Positions 56,458 through 64,000 of a DNA stretch of 64,000 nucleotides are shown here, piece by piece (positions within the stretch are counted from its first letter, which is position 1; every line of letters begins with the position of its first letter). A program made the translations under genes and the position numbers. Under the pieces are notes generated by a model. It was not told the origin of the DNA. It saw nothing but the letters and a program-made list of their open reading frames with translations, and searched no databases. Origin of the DNA: an uncultured Acidobacteriota bacterium (lineage in GTDB: Bacteria > Acidobacteriota > Thermoanaerobaculia > Gp7-AA8); the NCBI GenBank assembly GCA_963822445.1, contig CAWGHO010000001.1:160001-224000 (forward strand). The letters run 5' to 3'.

Positions 56458-57396
56458 TTACGAGCTGACGCGATTGCGGCCGTCGCGCTTCGAGCGATAC
56501 AGCAACTCGTCGGCGCGGGCCAGCAGCGCTTCCGGCCTCTCCACCGCGCTGGTCGCCGTGGCGACGCCGAATGACGAAGTGAGATGGATGGCCGCTCCTT
56601 CGAATTCGAACAGGCGGTCCTCGAAGGTCGCCCGGATCTGCTGAGCGATCGCCACTGCCGCCTCGATCGATGTGTCCGGCAGAACGATCACGAACTCCTC
56701 GCCGCCCATCCGCGCGTACACATCCGTCTCGCGGACGAACGATGACTGCACGAGCTCCGACGTGACGCGGAGGATGTGATCACCGGCGGCGTGGCCGAAC
56801 TGATCGTTGACCTGCTTGAACTGATCGAAGTCGAAGGTGATCACACTCACCGGCCGCGCTTCCGACGCGGTGTCGAGGATGAACCCGAGCCGCGCCACGA
56901 GGTAGGACTTGTTGTACGCGCCGGTCAGCGCGTCGGTGATCCCTTTCGCATGCAGGGCCTCGGTGAACTCGACCTCGAGCAGCGAATCGACGTAGCGGAA
57001 GATGCAGTTGCCGACCTTCAGCAGACAGCCCTGCACCAGCGGGACGGGCTGCTTGATGCGCATGCCGTTGACGAGCGTGCCGTTCGTGCTGGCCAGGTCG
57101 TTGATGGTGACGGTGTCGCGGATGCGGATGACCTCCGCGTGAATGCCGCTGACGGCGCGCTCGCGAACGCGGATGTCGCACTCGGGGCGTCGGCCGATGA
57201 TCTGCCGTCCCGGACGCAGCCGGAAGACCTGCCCGGGAAGATCGCCCTCCAGGAGGACCAGAGCCGGCTCGTGGGTCTGGGCCCGCTCGACGGCGTCGGC
57301 GTTCGAATCAGCGGACTCGAGCCGGACTTCGGTCGTCTTCCGCGGAATGGGCTTCTCCTCCGCGGGGCGGATTGCATTCTTCAGACGTTCGAGCAT
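56458..57396 (-). CDS. FHA-GGDEF diguanylate cyclase
   Basis: IIGRR..CDI, VSGIHA, STNGT (FHA); DALTG, FKQVND.FGHAAGD, RMGGEEF. Confidence 0.92.
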   Translation of the reverse strand: MLERLKNAIRPAEEKPIPRKTTEVRLESADSNADAVERAQTHEPALVLLEGDLPGQVFRLRPGRQIIGRRPECDIRVRERAVSGIHAEVIRIRDTVTINDLASTNGTLVNGMRIKQPVPLVQGCLLKVGNCIFRYVDSLLEVEFTEALHAKGITDALTGAYNKSYLVARLGFILDTASEARPVSVITFDFDQFKQVNDQFGHAAGDHILRVTSELVQSSFVRETDVYARMGGEEFVIVLPDTSIEAAVAIAQQIRATFEDRLFEFEGAAIHLTSSFGVATATSAVERPEALLARADELLYRSKRDGRNRVSS

Positions 57397-57484
57397 TCTC
57401 TTTCTGGGCGTGACGAGAGTTTAAAGCAGGACGCAGGTGATTCGGGTCACAACCCCGGCATAAACCCAGCAAACGCAACGGGTC

Positions 57485-58264
57485 GTGGACTTTCGCGTCA
57501 ACACCTGGCTCGAGCTCCAGGAAGCCCTCTTCGACAACGCGTGGCAGCCCACGCTGCAGCGGTTCCGATCGAACTACGTCTTCCGCGGCACGCCGCGGGC
57601 CTCGCATGGCCTGGAGACCAGTCTCCAGACCGGCGGGTTCGAGGCCCACGAGCGCCACCTGCTGACGAGCTTCCGCAAGTACGCACTCCGCAACGCGGTG
57701 CATGGGGACTGGGTCTGGAACTGGCTGTCGCTGGCCAAGCATCACGGCCTGCCGACGCGCCTCCTCGACTGGACGTACTCGCCATACGTGGCCATGCACT
57801 TCGCGACGCACAATCCGCTGCACTTCGCCGAGGATGGGGCGATCTGGTGCGTCGATTACCGGCGGACCAACGAGCTGCTGCCGAAAGAGCTGCGCAGAGT
57901 CAGCGACGCAGAAGACGTCAACATCCTGACGACGGAGATGCTGAACCGCGTGGCCACGACCCTGCAGGCCTTCGACGATCTGGCGAAACACGATTTCCTC
58001 GTCTTCTTCGAGCCGCCATCGCTCGACGAACGGATCGTCAACCAGTTCGCGCTCTTCTCCCTGCCCTCGAGCGCGACGATGTCCCTCGAAAATCTTCTAA
58101 AGCAACGCGAAGGCACGTACCGCCGGATCGTGATCCCCGCCGCCCTGAAGTGGGAGGTCCGCGACAAGCTCGATCAGGCCAACATCACCGAACGCGTGCT
58201 GTTCCCGGGCCTGGACGGTCTGTCGCAGTGGCTGAAGAGGTATTTCACGACGAGAAAGGAATGA
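57485..58264 (+). CDS. FRG domain protein
   Basis: VFRG, KHHGLPTRLLDWT.SP.VA.HFA, RIVNQ, LFPGLDG. Confidence 0.9.
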   Translation: MDFRVNTWLELQEALFDNAWQPTLQRFRSNYVFRGTPRASHGLETSLQTGGFEAHERHLLTSFRKYALRNAVHGDWVWNWLSLAKHHGLPTRLLDWTYSPYVAMHFATHNPLHFAEDGAIWCVDYRRTNELLPKELRRVSDAEDVNILTTEMLNRVATTLQAFDDLAKHDFLVFFEPPSLDERIVNQFALFSLPSSATMSLENLLKQREGTYRRIVIPAALKWEVRDKLDQANITERVLFPGLDGLSQWLKRYFTTRKE

Positions 58265-58372
58265 GGGATGAGGAATGAGGGATGAGTAAAAGCGAAGAGC
58301 GAAGCTACTCATCACTCATCACTCATCACTCATCACTCATACCTCATGCCTCATGCCTCGTCCCTCGTCCCT
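58257..58372. repeat. Inverted 7-nt tandem arrays (GRATGAG)n / (CTCATCA)n
   Basis: AGGAATG AGGGATG... followed by ACTCATC x4 and CCTCATG/CCTCGTC units. Confidence 0.8.
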
Positions 58373-58411
58373 CCCTGCAACCGTCTCGCGCCTGATTCGT
58401 AAGTCGATTCC

Positions 58412-59098
58412 GTGAACGCGATCGTCATCGACAGCGTCGTCAAACGCTACGGCCGCACGACCGCGCTGGCCGGCGTCTCGCTGACCATCAACCGTGGTGA
58501 GGCCATCGGCATCATCGGGCCGAACGGCGCGGGCAAGACCACGCTGATGGGCATTCTGCTGGGGCTCATCGATCCCGACTCCGGCTCGATCTCCATCGGC
58601 GGGCGTTCGCCGCATTCACTTGAAACGAAAAAACTCATCGGCTACGTGCCCGAGCGGATCGGGTTCAGCCGGTGGATGTCCGGCCGCGCGCTTGTCGATC
58701 TGCATGCACAGCTCTGCCGCACCTCCGGTACTGAAGCGATGCTCGAGCGCGTCGGACTCGATCGCGCGGCCTGGGACCGGCCGATGAAAAAGTACTCGCG
58801 GGGAATGCTGCAGCGGACGGCGCTCGCGCAGGCCCTGATCGGCAACCCGCAGTTCCTCTTCCTCGATGAGCCGACGTCCGGAATCGATCCGGCCGGTGCG
58901 ATCCGCTTCCGCGAGATCGTCGATGCCCTCAAAGCCGCCGGCGTGACCGTCGTCCTCAACTCCCATCAACTCGATCAGATGGAGCGCGTCTGCGACCGCG
59001 TTGCGTTTCTGCGCGCCGGCCGCATCGAGGCCATCGAAGACGTCGGCAACGAGCGGCTGGAGGACCTCTTCCTCAAACTCGATGGGAGCGTCGCGTGA
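58412..59098 (+). CDS. ABC transporter ATP-binding protein
   Basis: [19 protein letters not shown]. Confidence 0.93.
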   Translation: MNAIVIDSVVKRYGRTTALAGVSLTINRGEAIGIIGPNGAGKTTLMGILLGLIDPDSGSISIGGRSPHSLETKKLIGYVPERIGFSRWMSGRALVDLHAQLCRTSGTEAMLERVGLDRAAWDRPMKKYSRGMLQRTALAQALIGNPQFLFLDEPTSGIDPAGAIRFREIVDALKAAGVTVVLNSHQLDQMERVCDRVAFLRAGRIEAIEDVGNERLEDLFLKLDGSVA

Positions 59099-59805
59099 AC
59101 CCCGCTCTCTTCGTCGCCACCATCCGCCAGCTCTTCTCGCAACCGGTGCGCACCGGCGCGCTCCTCGGCTGCGCGATCCTGCCGCTGCTCCAACTGGCTG
59201 TCGATCCCGATCCGCGACTCGGCTCGCCGAAGTGGGCTGTGTTCATCGCCGTCATCGCGGCTGCGGGAGTGATCGGCCTGGAAGTGTCGACCGGCTCGCT
59301 CGCGCTCTTTTTCACGCGGCCGATCACACGCGCGACGTACGTGTTCTCGCGATGGGCGGGTGCCACAGCAGTCGCCATGGCTCTCGTCATCGTCAGCCTG
59401 GCTGGCGAAGTCGCGCTGATCCTCGCCCGCGATGGTGAGCTGGGCACGACGCCGTTGCTGCTTGCGCTCGCCGATCGACTGAGCGTTGTCATCGGCATCG
59501 TCTCAGTCATGACCTGCTTCTCGGCGATGGTCTCCAGCCTCGGCGATCTCGTGATCTGGCTCTCCATCCACATCGTGGCCATGTCCCTCGGCGCATCCGG
59601 CGACGCCGCGTCGATGCCTCTTCTGACCGACATGAGCATCGCGCTTCGACGCATTGCCAATCCCGAGATCGACTCCTTCCGCGTCATCTCCTCGATGCGC
59701 CTCCCCTGGTCGCATCTCGCCTTCTACCTCGCCACCGTGTTGCTCGCCCTCGGCATGGCCACGTTCGTGCTCAACCGCAAGGAGCTCTCGTATGCGAGCG
59801 AGTGA
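59095..59805 (+). CDS. ABC-2-type permease
   Basis: About six TM helices, E..TGSL...FTRPI.R; GTGA overlap with the ATPase. Confidence 0.82.
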   Translation: MNPALFVATIRQLFSQPVRTGALLGCAILPLLQLAVDPDPRLGSPKWAVFIAVIAAAGVIGLEVSTGSLALFFTRPITRATYVFSRWAGATAVAMALVIVSLAGEVALILARDGELGTTPLLLALADRLSVVIGIVSVMTCFSAMVSSLGDLVIWLSIHIVAMSLGASGDAASMPLLTDMSIALRRIANPEIDSFRVISSMRLPWSHLAFYLATVLLALGMATFVLNRKELSYASE

Positions 59806-61978
59806 CTCCGCGCGGCGCGATCCGCTGATCCTCCTCGCCCTCGGCGCGTTGTTCCTCGCGTTCGGCGCGGCCGCGGCGGTGCTCGAGCATCTCAATCCCA
59901 TCGCCATCCGCAATTACGTGGTCTGGCGAAACGCGAGCGACGCCCGCCGCATCGCCATCGAACAGCAACGGCCGATCCTCTACGCATTCCTCGAGCAGCG
60001 CGACGCGACGTCGATGCAGCTCGAGCGCGAGCTCTTCGGCGATCCGAAGACCGGTGCGGAGCTGAACCGGATGTTCGTGATGGTCCGCAGCGATCCGAAG
60101 ATCGCCGCGCAGTACGGCTTCCGGACCGGGGTCGTGGTCAGCGATGCCGAGGGGGCGCGGCAGACTTCTTTTGGCGGGTATCGGGGGCGGGTGCATGCGA
60201 TCGAATTTCTACGCGCCGCCGCAAAGGAAATGAGCGCGCCCGCGCCGGTCGAGAATGTGGCGAGACCGCTCGTCGAAGCGCTGAGCCGCGTCGGGCACGC
60301 GCACTCGCCGTCGTTTTCGCCGGATGACGCGCGCATCGCTTTCATCGCCGATCTCTCCGGCGAGCCGCAGCTCTGGATCACCGACCGCAACGGCTCGTAC
60401 CCGCAGCTCGTCGCATCGATGGAGCACGGCATCAATGCCGCGCAGTGGTCACGCGACGGAGAGTGGATCGCCTTCGCGTCGGATGGGCAGATCTATCTCG
60501 TGCATCCCGACGGCACCGGTCTTCGTCGCGTGAGTCCGACCGGATCCACCCGCAATCTGATGAGCGGGTGGACGCGCGACGACCTGCTGCCCATCAGCAG
60601 CGTGTTTCGGAACTCGCCGTCGATGGAAGCAGCGCTGTTCGATTCGAAGACCGGACAATCGCGGACGCTGGCGAAGAGTCCCGCATTCGGCGTGATCGTC
60701 GACGTTTCCTGCGACGGCCGCAGCGCGATCGTGCTTCGCCGCGAGGGTGCAATGCGCTCGACGGTGATGGTCGGCGAAGGTGCACGAGAGATCGCGCCGG
60801 CCGCGGGTGATGAGCAGACGATCGCGACGTTCGATTGCAACTCCCGCGACCTCTTCGCCGTCACCAATCACAAACGCGACCGCAGTGCCTTCATGCGCAT
60901 CCGCGGCGGCCAGTTCCAATCCCTCTGGGCACGCGACGACGCCGAGCTCTCCGCGGCCGCGATCGACGACGCTCGCACACTCGCCGCACTCGTCTGGAAC
61001 CGCCACGGCCAGCAGGAACTGGCACTCCTCAATCTACGCGACGGAACGCGCACGAACATCGACCTCCCGCTCAGCAGCATCGCCGACGTCCGTTTCAACC
61101 GCGATGGATCGCAGCTCGTATTCACCGGCAGTGACGCGCAGAAACCTGCAGACATCTGGCTCCTCGACATCAAAACCCGTGAAGCACGCCAGATCACGCG
61201 CAGCAGTCACCCCGGCGTCGATCTGGCGACGCTCGTCCGCCCCGAGCTCATTCACTTCAAAGGTGCGGACGGCTTGCTGCTTTCCGGATGGCTCTATCGC
61301 GCGGTGAAAAGCGACGCCGCCGTGATCAGCCTGCACGGCGGCCCGATGCAGCAGGAAACGGCGAGCATGGGCGCGACCTATCAGGCGCTCGTTGCCGCCG
61401 GCATCACCGTTTTCGCGCCGAACGTCCGCGGCTCGGCGGGATTCGGCAATCGCTTCATGACGCTCGACGACGGCCCGTTACGCGTGAACGCGATCGCCGA
61501 TGTGAAAGCCGCCGCGGAATGGCTCGCACTACATGGCGCAAAACGGCTCGGCGTCATGGGCGAGTCGTACGGCGGCTGGCTCGCGCTCGAAACCGCAACG
61601 CGCCATCCCGGTCTGTTCGCGGCCATCGTCGACTCCTACGGCATGACCGATCTCGACGCGATGATCGACGAGGCCTCACCCGAAGTCGCGCCGATGCTCG
61701 CCGCCGAATATGGGAGCGATCCCGACGAGCTCAGCGTCGACATCGAAGCGATCCGCACACCGACCCTCGTCCTGCACGGCGCGCGCGATCGCATCGTCCG
61801 CCAGGCCCATTCCGACGCGCTCGTTCGCGATCTGCGCCGCCGCCGCGTGCCAGTCGAGTACATCGTCTTCGAGAATGAGGGTCACGGCTTTCACGAAGAG
61901 CGCAATCGCGTGCGCGCGGCGACCGCCATCGTGAACTGGTTCACGAAGACCTCCTGTGACACCATCCGCCGATGTTGA
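59792..61978 (+). CDS. S9 family peptidase with TM anchor, thioredoxin-like domain and beta-propeller
   Basis: HGGP, NVRGSAGFG, GESYGG, HGARD, EGHGF. Confidence 0.85.
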   Translation: MRASDSARRDPLILLALGALFLAFGAAAAVLEHLNPIAIRNYVVWRNASDARRIAIEQQRPILYAFLEQRDATSMQLERELFGDPKTGAELNRMFVMVRSDPKIAAQYGFRTGVVVSDAEGARQTSFGGYRGRVHAIEFLRAAAKEMSAPAPVENVARPLVEALSRVGHAHSPSFSPDDARIAFIADLSGEPQLWITDRNGSYPQLVASMEHGINAAQWSRDGEWIAFASDGQIYLVHPDGTGLRRVSPTGSTRNLMSGWTRDDLLPISSVFRNSPSMEAALFDSKTGQSRTLAKSPAFGVIVDVSCDGRSAIVLRREGAMRSTVMVGEGAREIAPAAGDEQTIATFDCNSRDLFAVTNHKRDRSAFMRIRGGQFQSLWARDDAELSAAAIDDARTLAALVWNRHGQQELALLNLRDGTRTNIDLPLSSIADVRFNRDGSQLVFTGSDAQKPADIWLLDIKTREARQITRSSHPGVDLATLVRPELIHFKGADGLLLSGWLYRAVKSDAAVISLHGGPMQQETASMGATYQALVAAGITVFAPNVRGSAGFGNRFMTLDDGPLRVNAIADVKAAAEWLALHGAKRLGVMGESYGGWLALETATRHPGLFAAIVDSYGMTDLDAMIDEASPEVAPMLAAEYGSDPDELSVDIEAIRTPTLVLHGARDRIVRQAHSDALVRDLRRRRVPVEYIVFENEGHGFHEERNRVRAATAIVNWFTKTSCDTIRRC

Positions 61979-62562
61979 TTCCGACCGGGTCCGTTCATAA
62001 AGCGACAGCCACTGCCAGCACGATCAAGGAAGTGAAGTGCGCGTTCTGCCATCGCCCTTACTTCTACGTGATGACCCGCAGCGGCAGCGGCCGTGACAGC
62101 GCGCCACTCTGGATCGGGCAGACCGACGCGAAGAACAAGGCCGCGGCCGATGCTCATCGCCAGTTGATGTCGCATCTGACTTACGACGTCGATCCGGTGT
62201 CCTGCCCGAACTGCGGCCGCTATCAGCCAGGAATGGTCGCCGCGGCGCGCGATCTGAAGATGTCGATGAAGAAGATCCTGATCATCAGCGGCATCAGTTT
62301 CGCCGTTGCGTTCATCACCGCCGGCCTGACCTACGACGAGAAGAATCCGAGCAACATCGGCTGGCTCGCCTATCTCGTCCCGGTGATCGTCTTCGCGGCC
62401 CTCGCAATTTACCGCGGCAGGAGCGATCCCAATCGCGATGCCGGAACGCGCATCGGAATGAACCTGGCCGGCCCGGCGCGCTTCGACAGCCGCGCGCGGG
62501 CCGAGGCCGCGCTCAATTCACAACATCCGGCGTCCGCCCCTCCCGCTCGTTCCACGCCCTGA
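61972..62562 (+). CDS. Hypothetical Zn-ribbon membrane protein
   Basis: CAFC and CPNC pairs followed by two TM helices. Confidence 0.65.
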   Translation: MLIPTGSVHKATATASTIKEVKCAFCHRPYFYVMTRSGSGRDSAPLWIGQTDAKNKAAADAHRQLMSHLTYDVDPVSCPNCGRYQPGMVAAARDLKMSMKKILIISGISFAVAFITAGLTYDEKNPSNIGWLAYLVPVIVFAALAIYRGRSDPNRDAGTRIGMNLAGPARFDSRARAEAALNSQHPASAPPARSTP

Positions 62563-64000
62563 TCTCCGACACGTTCTGGAAGCCGCGCGGCAGTTTGAGG
62601 CCGCGCTGGGCGCGCTTGCCGAGGTATTGCTCGAGGTCGGCGCCCTTCAGATTGGTGAAGCGCTTGCCCGCGGTGACGATCAGCGTCCCGTTCTGGGGCA
62701 CGACCGCCATGCCGACCACCTTCTCCGGCGCGATCGGCGTGCGATGCAGTTTGATGGTCTGCACGCCCTTGCCTTTCGACAGCGGCGGCAGCTCCGCGAT
62801 CTCGAACACCAGCAGCTTCCCTTCCGTCGACGCCGCCGCGACGAGATCGGTCTCGTAGCTGTGAATCCGCTGCGGCCGCATGACCGTGGCCTTGCCGGAA
62901 ACGTTCACGATCGACTTGCCGGCCTTGCGGTCCGTGACCATGTCGTCGAAGCGGATCACGAATCCATAGCCGTCATCGGTCGACAGCAGCCACAGATCGT
63001 CCGGGCTCGCCCATCATCACGCCGACGAACGTCGCGCCGCCCGGCGGCTGGAGCGATGAGGTCAGCGGCTCGCCGTGGCCTTTCGCCGACGGCAGCTCGT
63101 GCGCGGGCAGCGCGTACGTGCGGCCGGTCGAGTCGATGAAGACCGCGAGTTGATTGCTGCGCCCCTTCGCCGCGGCCAGGAACTGATCGCCCGATTTGTA
63201 CTGCAGCGCGGTGGGATCGAGATCGTGCCCCTTGCCGGCGCGCACCCAGCCGCGCTCGGACAGCACGACCGTCACCGGCTCGGACGGAATCAGCGCGGTC
63301 GCATCGAGCGCGCGCGCGGCTTCGCGCTCGACGATCGGCGAGCGGCGTTTGTCGCCGAACTCCTCGCCGTCGCGGATCAGCTCATCGCGGACCTGCTTGC
63401 GCAGACGCGCCTTCGAGCCGAGGACCTTTTCCAGTTCCGTGCGCTCGTCCTGCAGCTTTTTCTGCTCGCCGCGGATCTCCATCTCCTCGAGGCGGTTCAG
63501 GTACCGCAGTCGCAGCTCGAGGATGTATTCGGCCTGAATCTCGGAGAGCTTGAAGCGCTTCATCAGCGCCGGTTTCGGCTCGTCTTCTTTCCTGATGATG
63601 CGAATGACCTCGTCGACGTTGAGGTACGCGACCATCAGACCGTCGAGGAGATGCAGTCGCGCGTTGACGTGGTCGTAGCGATGCTGCAGGCGGCGGCGGA
63701 CCGTCTCGATCCGGAACTCCAGCCACTCCGCGAGCAGGTCGCGCAGGTTGTACAAGCGCGGCCGGCCGTCGAGGCCGATCATGTTCATGTTGATGCGGTA
63801 GGTCCGCTCGAGATCGGTCGTCGCGAAGAGGTGCGTCATCAGCTCGTCGAGGTCGACGCGGTTCGATCGCGGCACGATCACGAGCGCGGTCGGGCTTTCC
63901 TGGTCCGACTTCGTCGCGGACGTCCTCGACCATCGGCAGCTTCTTGGCCTGCATCTGCTGCGCGATCTGCTGCTGCACCTTCGTGCCGGAGACCTGGAAC
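62513..64000 (-). CDS. parC: DNA topoisomerase IV subunit A, 3' part; frameshifts near 63000 and 63910
   Basis: [60 protein letters not shown]. Confidence 0.9.

Noticed and set aside
57485-58264. FRG gene as part of a defence island
   Set aside because: Neighbours are signalling and transport genes, with no other defence or mobility genes adjacent.

Overview
High-GC bacterial DNA, most likely Acidobacteriota (Thermoanaerobaculia-like; inferred from gene style, not from a marker gene). It holds about 50 mostly housekeeping or accessory genes, from a truncated S8 protease at the left edge to a truncated parC at the right. Several genes, including parC, are broken by single-base indels that look like long-read errors. 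The best-supported find is a complete IS110-family element (8879-10421, minus strand) inserted into a REP-like palindrome. Its roughly 270-nt non-coding end reads as a bridge RNA, with two stem-closed loops whose internal segments match the actual target flanks and the element's own ends around a CC core. Circularising the element would create a TTGACA-N17-TATAGC promoter. Other notable items: two tandem ~2,700-aa secreted proteins with different N-termini but a colinear, near-identical 584-codon C-terminus; a BlaI/BlaR1-type operon with visible operators and a ~25-aa repeat shared by sensor and secreted partner; and several intergenic inverted arrays of 7-8-nt tandem repeats. No rRNA, tRNA or CRISPR array was seen.
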